DNA of 64,000 nucleotides from Eledone cirrhosa (GCA_964016885.1 OZ024752.1:10354001-10418000), one strand, 5' to 3'; positions 11,702-25,210 are shown, counted from the first letter of the stretch. Notes: a model not told the origin generated them from the letters alone. Made by a program: numbers and translations.

Positions 11702-13011
11702 TTAAAACAGTATTTCTAGTCGTATTCATCTCTTTTCGAATGATAACATTTCTCCTAAGTCTTGGATAAGATATTCTATATTAAATGGTAAGTTGCTGAA
11801 GACTTTCTACCATCTCCATATATAGAATTCCAGTGAGAATATATTATTGGAGATTATAAAAGAACGAAAGAGGAGCGTATATTTAAACCTAGCCAAGTTT
11901 GGAGATGTTACTTTTCGATTTCCCCTTACATTGCTAGATTATATTTTTAGCTGAACAGTTTACAACTAGAGTGAACTTATAACTGAAATAGATATTATAT
12001 ATATTGACTATAAGTGTATTTAGAAATATTTTGTTTCAGACTTGGAAACGTGAAATTGTAAAGTTTCAAAATATAACCAAATATGTTTGGACTTTGTATT
12101 TCTTTATTTCTAAATATTATAAATAATGGAAAGGCAAGCCATGTGGCAACTATGATATTAAATGAGTATGCGAGCTAGATTTTATACCTGTTTTTCTTTT
12201 AGGGAGATACTTTATCATTAAATCAACTACTTACTATATGATTATCATATATTAGTTACGAATTCATTGTCATAGAAGTGAGGGATTCCGGGATATGTAA
12301 TATGTTAAAGGTTATCTAGTAATTATTTTTATCTAATAGATGTAGTTAATATCTTCATTTAGTTATATAATGGGTCAAGTTTGATAACCTAAAAGGCAGA
12401 GAACTAATTCTTTAAACGGTTGTGGTTTGTGAAATACTTTGTTGTAGATGGAACGGCATATCAAAACATATCCGACAGTTCCTGGGAAATTAGACTTATG
12501 ATTATTAACAGAAAAATCCATTTGTTTACCACCGATTTCTAACCTCTATCGGGGGTACCAAACTGTGTAGATTAGTTATTTATATAGAAGTGTTTGCTGA
12601 TATTTTCGATATTATCATCTGTATGAATAACGATATCATTTTCCTACTTTATAAATGATACATTGCAATTATAACATTTCTAAGGACACCTTATGATTGT
12701 AATTTATCTGAATAGTGGTCGTCCGATACTTAAGATTAACATTACTTTTCAAACAACTAATTTAGAAAATAATATTGTTTAAATAATTCAGTTTATATTT
12801 CTTAAAATATTGATAATGGCACGGCAGGTCAAGTGGTGGCATTTATATCAATATTGAACAGAAGCATACATGCACATTTCTATACACATTACCCTACTTA
12901 CTGCTTTCATAGATTATGTCAGGAAAACTATCATGTAATTTGTTTTTAAACATTCGCAATATTAGGATCAATAATGTCCGTATTGCGTTTGATGTTAGAT
13001 CTTTGTATTTA

Positions 13012-13415
13012 CAGCGGTAAGGTTGTGAGTTTGCTACCCGGATCTGGTAGTAAATTGCCAGTTTGATACCCGGACTTGCCAGTGCGTTGCGAGTTTGATG
13101 CACGGACCTGGAAAAGCGTTGTGAGTTGTGATATGCGGAATTGCCACCAGTGAGTTGTGAGTTTGATCTCCGGACCTTCCAGTGAGTTGTGATTTCATGC
13201 CCGGACTTGCCAGCCCGTTGTTTCCTTGAACAAGAAACAATTTCACCTTGCCCCAACTCAAGGGGTTGAAATGAGTTGCAGCATGACTGGTGACAAGTTG
13301 AATCAGCCTGTACAGCATAGGTGCCATACAAAGGAGGAATCTGCGTGCATGGGTGAGTGCTGGTCTTCCAAAATGTCAGTCTGTCCGGGTCTGTGCATAA
13401 GAGTTGAACATTCTA
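13012..13415 (+). mobile_element. CORE-type SINE with about 6 tandem copies of its B-box segment
   Basis: ~31-bp units GTTGTGAGTTTGAT..CCGGAC, then CCCGTTGTTTCCTTGAACAAGAAAC (CORE-like) and a tail. Confidence 0.55.
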
Positions 13416-14300
13416 GGTAGAAAACTTTTGGTTATTCTTGGCAGATTGAGGTATTTACCTATTACACACAGACACACGTATGTATGTAGGTATGAATGTA
13501 TGTATGTGTATGTGTGCGTGTGTGAGTGAGCGAGTGAGTGAGTGTGATTGTATGTGTGCATGTCTGAGTTTATATGTATGAATGTGTGTAAAATTGCCGG
13601 TGTTTTGATCGTTTCATATGTATATATATATAATATGTGTGCGTGTATTTCTGTGAGTGTGTATGTATGTATGTATATATATATATAGATATATATAGAT
13701 ACACAGATGTGTGTGTGTGTGTGTGCGTGTGTGTATATATATATATGTTTATACACACACAGATGCATATATATATGTGTGGGTGGTGGAGTATGATATA
13801 TGTAGTACAACAGCAACAGACAAAATATCTTAATTTACTCCTAAATAGACGTATCTGCAGCAAGGTGAGGTGCCATGTCGCATGTATATGTAACAACTGA
13901 CACAAAGAATGGTGAAAATTGCTAAATTCATTAAAATGCGTGAAATTAGATAGGAGTCCATTATGAAATAGAGACATGTTGCAATCTGATGACCTCCATA
14001 TTACCAAAGTGGAAGCAGATCTGTATATTGTGGCAATTAGGTATAGGCGAATTTCTAATAATTGAATTTCTAATCATCACGACAATTCGATTTGTTGGGG
14101 TATACTTATATAATAGTTATATGTGTGTGTGACTTTGTATGAGAGCGAGTATTTGTAATTGTGTGTGTATGTGTGTATGTATGCTTTCTCGTAAGTAGTA
14201 ATAATGTATATAAACACGTGTGAGGTGTGGTGTGTGGTGTATAACACTTCACATCTACGTACGTTCTCACACCTACATGAATGTATGTATATATATATAT

Positions 14301-15372
14301 ATAGAGAGAGAGAAGAGTGAGAGAAGGAACAGAGATGAGAGAGAGATAATAGAAAGAGATGAGAGAGAGAGAAAGAGAGAGATAATAGAGAGAAGAGAAA
14401 GAGAGAGAAGAGAAAAGAGAAGAGAGAGAAGAGAGAAGAGAGAGAAGAGAGAAGAGAGAGAAGAGAGAAGAGAGAAGAGAGAGAAGAGAGAAGAGAGAGA
14501 AGAGAGAGAGAGAGAGAAGAGAGAGAAGAGAGAAGAGAGAAGAGAGAGAAGAGAGAAGAGAGAAGAGAGAAGAGAAGAGAGAGAAGAGAGAGAAGAGAGA
14601 GAATAGAAGAGAGAGAAGAGAGAGAAGAGAGAGAAGAGAAGAGAGAGAGAGAAGATGGAGGAGAGAGAGAGGAGAGAGAGAGAAGATAGAGGAGAGAGAA
14701 GAGAGAGAGAAGATAGAGAGAGGGAAGAGAGAGAGGGAAGAGAAAGAGAGAAGAGAAAGAGGGAAGAGAAAGCGGGAAGAGAAAGAGAGAAGAGAAAGAG
14801 AGAAGAGAAAGAGAGAAGAGAAAGAGAGAAGAGAAAGAGAGAAGAGAAAGATAGAGGAGAAAGAGAAAAGAGAAAGAGAAGAGAACATATATGGGGGGGA
14901 GAAGAGAGAGAGAAGAGAGAGAAGAGAGAGGAGAGAAAGGAGAGAGAGAAGAGAGAGAAGAGAGAGGAGAGAGAGAAGAGAGAGAAGAGAGAGAAGAGAG
15001 AGGAGAGAGAGAAGAGAGAGAGAGAGGAGAGATAGGAGAGAGGAGAGAGAGAGAAGAGAGAGGAGAGATAGGAGAGAGGAGAGATAGGAGAGAGGAGAGA
15101 TAGGAGAGAGGAGAGAGATAGAGAACAGAGAGAGAGAGGAGAAAATATAGGGGGGGGCATATAAGTGGGGGGGGGGAAAGAGGAGAGAGAGAAGAGAGAT
15201 GGAGGAGAGAGAAGAGAGATGGAGGAGAGAGAAGAGAGATGGAGGAGAGAGAGAAGAGAGATGGAGGAGAGAGAGAAGAGAGATGGGTGAGGGAGAAGAG
15301 ATGGGGGAGAGAAGGAGATAAAGAAACAAGAGTAGAGAGAGGAAGAGGAGACAGAGAGAGCGAGAGACAGAC
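14301..15372 (+). repeat. (GAGAA/GA)-rich polypurine tract, ~1070 bp
   Basis: Near-pure G/A. Confidence 0.95.
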
Positions 15373-15902
15373 AGACATATAAAAGTTCACAGCAACACTG
15401 ATACACGAACTCGGTCTATTTACAATCACAATCTTCTCGTCATGTTTAAAGGTTGTTTAGTTGTTCGTATGAATGTTTATGGAATAGTAACCAAATAAAT
15501 TCATACAAAAAAGGAAAAAAAAAACGTATTTTAATGCATATTTATACAAACTTTGCGAGGTTTACAATGTTGTACATTGAATAAACTGTAGATGCTTTTA
15601 TAGTCTGATCCAGGCATTGTATAGTCTCAGTCATCTTTTGTTCGATTATTAATGGTGTTCACTTCTCTTCTACAAATATGTTAAGATCAATGAATGAGAT
15701 TGCTTATGGCATACAAATATTCGGTACAAAACCATATAGTCATTGGAAACACGAATTATTCTGACATACTTTAACCATTTTCGGCATTTCACTCATTTTT
15801 GCCCGTTTAAATTATATCAGCGTTATTAAGATTGTCTGGATAAATATCTCTTCGATGTTACACACATTCTTCAGTAATTGAGATTCAGTTCTTTTTATTA
15901 TC

Positions 15903-16250
15903 TTAAAGCATAGTTTGGAAGCTGCAGACTTCCCTTCCCTCCAAAATGGAGCCGGTGGGCCTGGACCGAAGTGACAAACAAAGGCCAGACTCTGTGACCA
16001 GATGTCATTCAATAACAGCTAGCTACTGGCTACTTTAGTAGAACGATGAGTGGACAGTATAACTGGTGTCAAAAATAGAGGCCAATTGATAAATGTTGAG
16101 AAATTATGATATTCATCTTGAGCGAACGTCAAATAATATGAAAATTGGAAATCTTCCCGTTCTACGGTGGTAAACACCTCATCTGGGATTCCATATGTAG
16201 CGACACTTGTGTCATAGCTCATCCGATGGCTTTCGAACTGTTTCCTGCTA
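15903..16250 (+). pseudogene. decayed CRE-clade non-LTR retrotransposon restriction-like endonuclease, split by a ~151-bp insert (16000-16150)
   Basis: Translations LKHSLEAADFPS / MEPVGLDRSDKQRPDSVT | IFPFYGGKHLIWDSICSDT match the EPxGLxRxDGKRPDGxTxxPxxxGKxLxWDxTxxDT motif. Confidence 0.7.
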
Positions 16251-17127
16251 AACAATGTCATTCACAAGTCATTGGCAAACACGATTCTATGCAAATATGA
16301 AAACACCATTTAGTGAGATCGAACCTATAGCAGAATTATTGTGAAAGATGCTACTACATCTATTAAACATTACTCTTTACTAAAATAAATAAAATTACAA
16401 ATACATGCCAAATATTTCCTAGACTACATTACTGTTCGTGACTATTATTGCTTTGGAGGAACATATATAATTAATTTTGAAAAGCTGTCTGTAATTTCTG
16501 TCAGTGTATTTTATGAATGATTGACCAATAAGAGAACCACCTCCTGTGAGGAAGATGGAAACAATAGCATTGTTTCGATGATTTTATTGAGCAAAATTTT
16601 GTTTATTTTTGTGTATCTCAAATCTAAATTATTTCCAATATTAAATGATAGGCTGAGTTTCATGAATTCATAAAATATTCATTGATATCTCTCTACTTTA
16701 ATAACCCACAAAACTTTATTCAGGCAACACGTGTACATCATTGTATCATCAAATATCCTCTCAATGATTAATAAATGCTATACATGACAGTGTTTATCCC
16801 GCATCAGATAAATTATGTAAATTAGGTAATTAGACTGTAAAAAGGGAATGTTTTATTTCGGCTGATGTGTCTGACTTTGGTGTTGTTACGTGGATTAGAT
16901 TTCTGAGACAGGGAGACTGTAAACGGTATGTAGAGGAACATCGAAGTTATATTAGATAAATGAGAAAACAGGTTTGGTTGAGTTCTCCCAGAAGTGTATG
17001 AGTAGTTCTGTACGTACGTATTGGTATTGGTGGAAATGCAAGTGTTAATCCTTGTCTTATAGCTTGTCTCTTCCAAATGTTCTCTAATCTATGATCTATT
17101 GTTGCGTAGATCTATCCAAATTCATAC

Positions 17128-17820
17128 ATAGGTGGGTTGGCTGAACATTTTCATAGTTTGACTAAGATAGTTTGACTAAGATAGTTTGACTAAGATAGTT
17201 TGACTAAGATAGTTTGACTAAGATAGTTTGACTAAGATAGTTTGACTAAGATAGTTTGACTAAGATAGTTTGACTAAGATAGTTTGACTAAGATAGTTTG
17301 ACTAAGATAGTTTGACTAAGATAGTTTGACTAAGATAGTTTGACTAAGATAGTTTGACTAAGATAGTCTCATGGAATGTGACCAACTGAGGTTTAATTCC
17401 AATATTATCTCCCTCGTGTGCCACACACTTCATCCATCGAGGTTGCTCTGGTTGGATCACATTGGCGAAAAAGCGTTCATTCTGTTGGTCAAAAGCATTA
17501 TCAACAGCAATTGTGATGACCTCGAACTGGCTCACAGCCAAGTGTTTTTTTCATTGTCAATATGTTACTTTTTCTCGTATCTATTGTAGCTGTGATCTCT
17601 CAATTCGGAGAAGTAGCGGCTCTAACTGGAGTGACACAGATCTCATATCAGTACCGCTTGGTACGAACGCAATTTCTCGGTTCTTTGTCAACATGTTACT
17701 TCACATACTTTTTCCGTATTATTTTTTGGAGCTGTGAGCTCTCAATCGCGAAACCTTACTTCAAAGACCCTTCGGAGGAACCCTATTTCGGCATCGCTTA
17801 GACCTGCATGGACCCCATTA
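17128..17820 (-). mobile_element. internally deleted mariner-family transposon remnant
   Basis: Minus strand FEVITIAVDNAFDQQNERFFANVIQPEQPRWMKCVAHEGDN matches the mariner C-terminus (FF.xGI..L..RW.KCV...GDY); TIR-like end at ~17130. Confidence 0.7.
17153..17367. repeat. perfect 14-bp minisatellite (ATAGTTTGACTAAG) x15
   Basis: 15 identical units plus a partial unit, no spacers. Confidence 0.95.
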
Positions 17821-18049
17821 CTCGTGTCTTTGTCATTGTTAATTTATGTCTTTTGAATAAGGCGTGTAAATAAATTGATATGCAACTTGATGAATGTGTA
17901 ACGCTGAGTTAATTCTATCTTTAATGTCTATGTTAGTCATTAATTTGTAGAGTCTGTACATCATAAGGACATCCGCCATTAACTTGTGTTCTTATTCTCT
18001 TCGTTAATAAAATTAATTCAGTTCGGATACATATGTGCATTTAAATGAG

Positions 18050-19556
18050 GGAGAGAGAGCGCCAAGAGAAAGTCGTGAGAGATAGAGACAACAAGAGAGA
18101 GAGAGACAACAAGAGAGAGAGAGAAAGAGTCGTGGGAGATAGAGACAACTAGAGAGAGAGAGTCATGGGAGATAGAGACAACAAGAGAGAGAGAGTCATG
18201 GGAGATAGAGACAACAAGAGAGAGAGAGAAAGAGTCGTGGGAGATAGAGACAACTAGAGAGAGAGAGTCATGGGAGATAGAGACAACGAGAGAGAGGGAC
18301 AGAGAATCGTGGGAGATAGAGACAAGTGAGAGAAAGAGAGATAAATAGCAGTGAAGTGAAACAGAAGAGAGGGAGATAGAGAGAATGAAACTGTCGAGCG
18401 AGCGAGTGAGAGCGGGTGAGAGCGAGCGGGTGAGAGCGAGGGGAGTGAGAGAGGGGGCGAGCGAGCGAGGGAGTGAGGGAGTGAGGGAGTGAGGGAGCGA
18501 GGGAGCGAGTGAGCGAGTGAGAGAGGCAGCGAGTGAGCGAGTGAGAGAGGCAGCGAGTGAGCGAGCGAGCGAGAGAGCGAGCGAGGGAGCGAGGGAGCGA
18601 GAGTGGGAGCGAGTGAGCGAGAGTGGGAGCGAGTGAGCGAGAGAGGGAGCGAGTGAGCGAGAGAGGGAGCGAGTGAGCGAGAGAGGGAGCGAGTGAGCGA
18701 GAGAGGGAGCGAGTGAGCGAGAGAGGGAGCGAGTGAGCGAGAGAGTGAGCGAGAGAGGGAGCGAGTGAGCGAGCGAGTGAGCGAGAGAGGGAGCGAGTGA
18801 GCGAGCGAGTGAGCGAGCGAGTGAGCGAGAGAGGGAGAGAGCGAGCGAGAGTGGGAGCGAGTGAGCGAGAGAGGGAGCGAGTGAGCGAGAGTGGGAGCGA
18901 GTGAGCGAGAGAGGGAGCGAGAGAGGGAGCGAGTGAGCGAGAGTGGGAGCGAGTGAGCGAGAGAGGGAGCGAGTGAGCGAGAGAGGGAGCGAGAGAGGGA
19001 GCGAGTGAGCGAGAGAGGGAGCGAGTGAGCGAGAGAGGGAGCGAGTGAGCGAGTGAGCGAGAGAGGGAGCGAGTGAGCGAGAGAGGGAGCGAGTGAGCGA
19101 GTGAGGGAGTGAACGAGTGAGCGAGCGAGTGAAGGAGCAATTGAGCGAGGGAAGGAGCAATTGAGCGAGTGAGGGAGCGAATGAGGGGGCGAGAGAGAGA
19201 GTGAGATTGAGCGAGAGAGAGAGTGAGGGAGCGAGAGAGAGAGTGAGGGAGCGAGAGAGAGAGTGAGGGAGCGAGAGAGAGCGAGAGAGGTCGAGAGAGA
19301 GGGGAGGTCGAGAGAGAGGGGAGAGCGAGAGAGGGGGGAGAGCGAGAGGAGATCGAGAGAGAGGGGAGATCGAGAGAGAGGGGGGAGCGAGAGCGAGGGG
19401 GGAGCGAGAGCGAGTGAGTGAAGGTGTGAGAGAGGCACAGGGAGAGGAAGAGAGAGAGTGTGAGTGAAGGTGTGAGAGAGGCACAGGGAGAGAGAGAGAG
19501 AGAAGCAGAGAGAGAGGCAGCGAGAGAGATAAGAGACAGAGAAAGAGAGAGAGATA
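18050..19556 (+). repeat. composite purine-rich minisatellite tract, ~1.5 kb
   Basis: ~31-35-bp units (GAGTCRTGGGAGATAGAGACAAC) followed by 20-bp units (GAGAGGGAGCGAGTGAGCGA). Confidence 0.95.
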
Positions 19557-19887
19557 ATGCGGTGCACAAGCCATAATCAGGAAGAATGAGGTAATGATAA
19601 AGTGAAATAACGAGATAGAAAAATTATGTTTCTAATGATTGAATGGAAATAACGGAAGGGAAAATGATAAAGGAGTAAATAGAGAACAAAACAAGTTGAT
19701 ATATCGATGAAAATGGCGGAGAAGAAAACCTATAAAATAGCCAGCAGAAAAGTATAGAAGACAAAGAGCCGCAAAAGTGCTAAATTGAATAATGAAAAAA
19801 AAAATAACGATGAGCTTAACCACATTTTGTTTATAAAAAAATGACGTCAACGTTTGTTACGTTTTCTGCCGTGTTAGTGAAAATTAA

Positions 19888-20497
19888 TAATTATTTCTAC
19901 TTTTGGCACAAGTCCAGCAATTATATCAGTACGTTACTGGTACTTTATTTTATCGACCCCGTAAGGATGAAAGGCAAACTTAATCTCGACGGGATTTGAA
20001 CTCGGTCTGTAAAGGGACGTAACAATGCTAGAAAGCATGGCGGACAAGCCTCTACCTATACTGCCAATACAGCGCCCTTGTGTGAAAATTAATTGTTTCG
20101 ACTTTTGGCACAAGGCCAGCAATTAACAGTACATTACTGGTACTTTATTTTATCGACCCCGTAAGGACGAAAGGCAAAGTTGACCTCGGCGGGATTTGAA
20201 CTCAGAATAGAAAGGGCCGTAACTCTATGCGTCAAAGCATGACGTCCGGCCCTCTACCGATACTGCCAATCCACCGCCCTTATGAGAAAATTAATAATGG
20301 TTTCTTATATAGGCACAAGGCCAGCAAATATGGGGAAGAGGAAAGTCGATTAAATCGGCCCCAGTGCGTGACTGGTACTTTATGTTATCGACCTCGTCAG
20401 AATGAAAGGCAAAGGTAACCTCGCCGGGATTTGAACTCAGACCGTAAAGGGACGTAACTATGCCAGAAAGCATGGCGTCCAACTCTCTACAGCCCTT
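19888..20497 (-). mobile_element. three head-to-tail SINE family 1 copies
   Basis: Copies ~19888-20078, ~20090-20282, ~20297-20497 (last is the long-tail variant). Confidence 0.9.
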
Positions 20498-20851
20498 GAG
20501 TGAGAATTATTAATGGTATTTGTTTCTTCACAGAAAATGTGGCATTGATATCACCAGAGAGTATTAGAGGAGATTGTTGCACGGAAATAGCAAACCTGTT
20601 GTCGGTGTGGCTTAGTTTTATGATTTCACAACACAGCAAAATGATTGTGAGAATCATGTTAAGAATTATTACCTATATTACGCTGGTTGACATATATATA
20701 TGTTTCAACGGAACTCAATTTTAGTTTTTCAAATATTTTGAAGAAATTTGGGCTGATAGCAATATCATGTAAACACACATCCATCTCTCTCGCTTATATA
20801 TATGAACATTTTCAAGAATTCGACGGCAGAGCTCAAGCCGTTTCGACGACT

Positions 20852-20893
<42 letters not shown>

Positions 20894-21029
20894 ACCAAAA
20901 GTATAACCAAAAGTTATATATATATATATATATAGGAAAAGCCTCCTGACACTTTTCGTATTACCCACTCTACTACCCTAAGTATCTAGTACACTGGTGC
21001 GTTATGGTCCACCTGGTATCTTAAATCTT

Positions 21030-21075
<46 letters not shown>

Positions 21076-21499
21076 AGCTATATACATATATATATATATA
21101 TATACATATATACAAACATGATGGCTGACCCTGGTTATAAAGTATGGCCATTGCACGATATACCATTGTTAATAATTATTTATTAATTCTATCGTGCAAT
21201 GCCTGTGCGTGAAGATCTTTTTTAAAGTGAGGAAAGACTGTGCACTGAGCCAATCCCACTCTCTGAGCGGCAGTAGCTATAACCCGAAAAGAAGAAAAGA
21301 TCAACGTCATCGGTAACTACTGAGCCGCAGGTTTTATATCGGAGTTATCCCAGTTTCCTGAGTTGTCTTCTCCTAGAAGAATGTCCACTCTCATTGGTTT
21401 AACCGCGACTATTTCGATGTCCCCGCGCATATACATACATATGCACCCATGTATATACACATATACATACATATGTGCATGTGTATATACATATTTACA

Positions 21500-21660
21500 G
21501 ACTTTTGGATGGCCGTTGAATCTTACGAGCTCTTCCGCCCTTTGTCAGGTTTTGTTTTTTGTCCTCTACGGTGTCCAAAATCACCCTCCTCACCAAGTAA
21601 ACTTGGGGTTGCCGGTTTAGTCGCCGACGACCCGACCATGCGACAGGTTGTGCCGAGTTT
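21500..21660 (-). mobile_element. RTE-type 5' UTR fragment, homologous to ~53000-53158
   Basis: Reverse complement aligns with ACCTGTC.CATGGTCGGGTCGT.GGCGACTAAAC...GGCCATCCAAAA. Confidence 0.6.
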
Positions 21661-22374
21661 TCTTTCTTCTGATTACTGAAGCTCGCACATTACTGCACCA
21701 GCTCTTGTAATTCTTGCACAATACTGAACGAGCTACTGCAATTCTTGCACTTAATTCACATTTTCTCAGTTTGTTAATTTTAATTAAGCAGTAATTTTCT
21801 GTGTTTTGAGCCAACAACATTTCTTGACAGCTCTCAATCAGGGCACGTACGTAGATCTAACTAACTAACAATATATCAGACCAATTTAGTGCATCTATTT
21901 AAAGTTTTTAACAGTCTTCTAATTAGCAAGTAATATTCTTATGAACTGGATGGCATTCTATTAAAGTATTGACAAGCGAGGAGAAATACTTTGAAGTAAA
22001 GAACCACAGATATTTTTTACACAGCCTCACGACCAAAAGTAAAATGACTATGTAGATTATGTGTTGTTTTTAAACCATGGAATGTATTGATTAAGATGTT
22101 GGTCTTTTTTTTATTGTAGTGTTCTTTAATTTCCTTCCAGTAGGTAAGTAGATTAACCAAATATACAGTGTGTATCCCGAAACTGTATACATATATTTGA
22201 TGTTGAAGTGTGTGTATATATTTGGACAGCTTCTGTATATCAATATATAACCTACTCTTCTAATCTCTATAAATGCATGTTCGAAAACTAGGAGAACTAA
22301 TGTCTCACCGTATATGGCTATATTCCATACATGGAACCGTATATCCGGTTCGACATTAACTGTAATAAATATAA

Positions 22375-23197
22375 TGCTTTTTGATTTAGGCACAGGGACT
22401 GCTATTTGGGGTGAGGAGGGTAACATCGAATAAATCCACACCAGAGTGTTACTGGTATTTTATATTATCGAGCACTTAAGGATCAAAGGCAAAACTAACC
22501 TCAATGGGATTTGACTCAAAATGCTAATCCACCACCCTTTAGCCGTCATAAATATACTGGTTTCTTATATAGTCATAAGGACAGCAATTTTGGGGACGGG
22601 GTCAGTCGATTAAATAGATCCCAGTGCATCAATATTACTTTATTTTATCAACCCCTTAAGGATAAACGGCAAAGTTAACCTCAGCGGGATTTGAACTCCG
22701 AACGTAAAGAGGCATAACTATGCTGCAGAGCAGGATGTCTGACACTCTACCGATTCTGTCAATCCACCGCCCTTATAATATAATTTCTAGTATAGGCACA
22801 ATGCCAGTCATGTAGGAGGGGGGGGTCGGCTAAATCAACTCCAGTACCTGACTGGTACTTTATTTTACCGACCCCGTAAGGATTTAAAGGCAAAGTAAAC
22901 CTCAGTGGATTTTAACTCAGAACGTAAAGGGCCGTAACTATGCTGCAAAACGTTGTCCGACGCTCTACCGATACTGCCACTCCACGGCCCTAGACGGCAT
23001 AAATATAACTGTTTCTACTTTTGGCACAAGGCTAGCAATTAACCCAGTGTATTACTGGTACGTTATTTTATCCACCCCGTAAGGATGAAAGGCAAAGTTA
23101 ACCTCGGTGGGATTTGAACTCAGATCATAAAGGGCCGTAACTCAATGCTGTAAAGCATGGCGTCCGACCCTCTACCGATACTGCCAATCCACCACCA
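22375..23197 (-). mobile_element. four head-to-tail SINE family 1 copies of differing divergence
   Basis: Copies ~22375-22540, ~22557-22774, ~22783-22990, ~23008-23197. Confidence 0.85.
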
Positions 23198-23502
23198 GTC
23201 GGCATAAATATAATACAATGAAATTAGGATTTCATTTTTCTCAGTCACCGTTAGAACAGAAGGATGGTGATGGTGATGTAAAAGACTGCCTACTGAGGCT
23301 GTTTCCTTGCAAACCAATCGAATATTAATATTATTCGATATAAAACTAACTAATCTATTTATGTATCCGCTATGTTATAGCGAAAAATCAAATTCTAATT
23401 TTGTTTTTAATTTTCAGCAAAGCCAGTCATAAAATCGCTCGGTATGCAAATTAGGATAATCAGCCGATGTACACTTTAGAGAGAACTATATATTTTCAGG
23501 TG

Positions 23503-23760
23503 CAGGCACATGGCCTAGTGGTACCGGTGTTGGGCGTACGATGATAATGTCGTGGGTTGTGTGTTGTGTTCTTAAGCAAAACACTTTATTTCACGTTGCT
23601 CCAGTATACTCAGCTGAAAATGAGCACCAGCAATAGCTGGAGGTTTAACCTGGTGAAGGATTGGCGTTCTGTCGAGGGGGGAGTGTCTTATACTCTCAGT
23701 CGCTTCATGCCATGAAACCGGGATAAGCACCGGCCAAATGAGCCTTCTGGCTTAAGGCAG
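23503..23760 (+). mobile_element. CORE-type tRNA SINE (tail type C)
   Basis: GGCACATGGCCTAGTGGT head; TGTGTTCTTAAGCAAAACACTTTATTTCACGTTGCTCCAG core; tail GCTTCATGCCATGAAACCGGGATAAGC. Confidence 0.7.
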
Positions 23761-24535
23761 GCTTTAGATATATTCCCAGGAGTTATAGTGAGTGACAGAA
23801 GAGAGTTACACAATCTTAAAGGGGAATAACGTTCCTTCAACAATCTAAGAATTGATGTGTTTGGACACAAAGTAAAAATATTTCGTCCTTGTGCATCATG
23901 CGTAATTTCTTAAGATAACGTCTTCACGTGTTATTTGCATTGAGAACTGTCAATCATGTGATATATCTTACTATATAACATGTATAACCAACTACAATAT
24001 AACTCATCTCATTAAAACACACAAAAATCATGCAAGACTTAATATCTCAATGAAATATTTATAACATACAATATAATACACAATATCCATAGCAAACATT
24101 TTCATAACATGTTATTACTTGTATATTTTCAATTATTTCATATAAATAAAAGCATTGAGGCCATTCTTATTGTGTATCCAAACGCCATTCTCTGGGTGAA
24201 AATAATGACGTTGAATAAATGTTACAGATATTAAAAGTCCTTTCAAATTTCTTTCTATTACTATAAATACTCTCTGTTGGTAATCAAGGTCCATGGAGTC
24301 ATTTCCAGATGTCATACATTATGCACTTTATAGAAATTGAATTCTCTCTTAATTATGACAAAACTTCTAAAAAGGATATTTTGGCAACGCGCTATTTATG
24401 TTAATCCGACTGATTATCATTTTCGAGTGAATTTCAAACACTTCATTCATTTACTTCTATAAATAAAGACGTACATACATAGTAACACATATACACACTC
24501 ACGCATGCACGGACAAACACACACACCTGCATAGA

Positions 24536-24573
<38 letters not shown>

Positions 24574-24800
24574 TATATGTATATGTATGTATGTAGCTAG
24601 AAAGTCAAGAAAAGCTGGCCCTAAGTATGACAATATTAAAGAGACCAATTTTATGAACTAGAAACTTTGGGTTGTAAGGAAACGTATTCATGGGTTCTTA
24701 AAGTTTCAAGGCTTGGAATTGATTTAATCTGTCTTGGGATTTTATGACAAGATTCTAGTGTACGTTTCATTATACATATGTACATATGTATATATGTAGA

Positions 24801-24987
24801 GCGATGAATTGGCTGTATCGGTAGAGGGTCGGACGCCATGCTTTCCAGCATAGTTGCGTCCCTTTACGGTCTGAATTCAAATCTCGTCGAGGTTAACTTT
24901 GCCTTTCATCCTTACGGGGTCGATAAAATAAAGTACCAGTAATGCACTGAGTAATTGCTGGCCTTGTGCAAAAAGTTGAAACCATTA
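24801..24987 (+). mobile_element. SINE family 1
   Basis: Family motifs. Confidence 0.9.
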
Positions 24988-25008
24988 TCTATATGTACAC
25001 ATTACACA

Positions 25009-25175
25009 CTTTTGTTAAGCCTTTATTAAGCGTGTATATATATATATAGACCTTTGTTAAGCCTATATACATATAGACATTTGTTAAGCCTATATATATA
25101 TATAGACCTTTGTTATGCCTATATATACATATAGACATTTGTTAAGCCTATATATATATATAGACATTTGTTAAG

Positions 25176-25210
<35 letters not shown>

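Noticed and set aside
15812-16261. Two in-frame minus-strand ORFs separated by one TAG (possible readthrough)
   Set aside because: The opposite strand explains the region as a CRE endonuclease fossil
17153-17367. CRISPR-like array (also considered for 25009-25260 and the 482-bp array)
   Set aside because: No unique spacers, no cas genes, eukaryotic context
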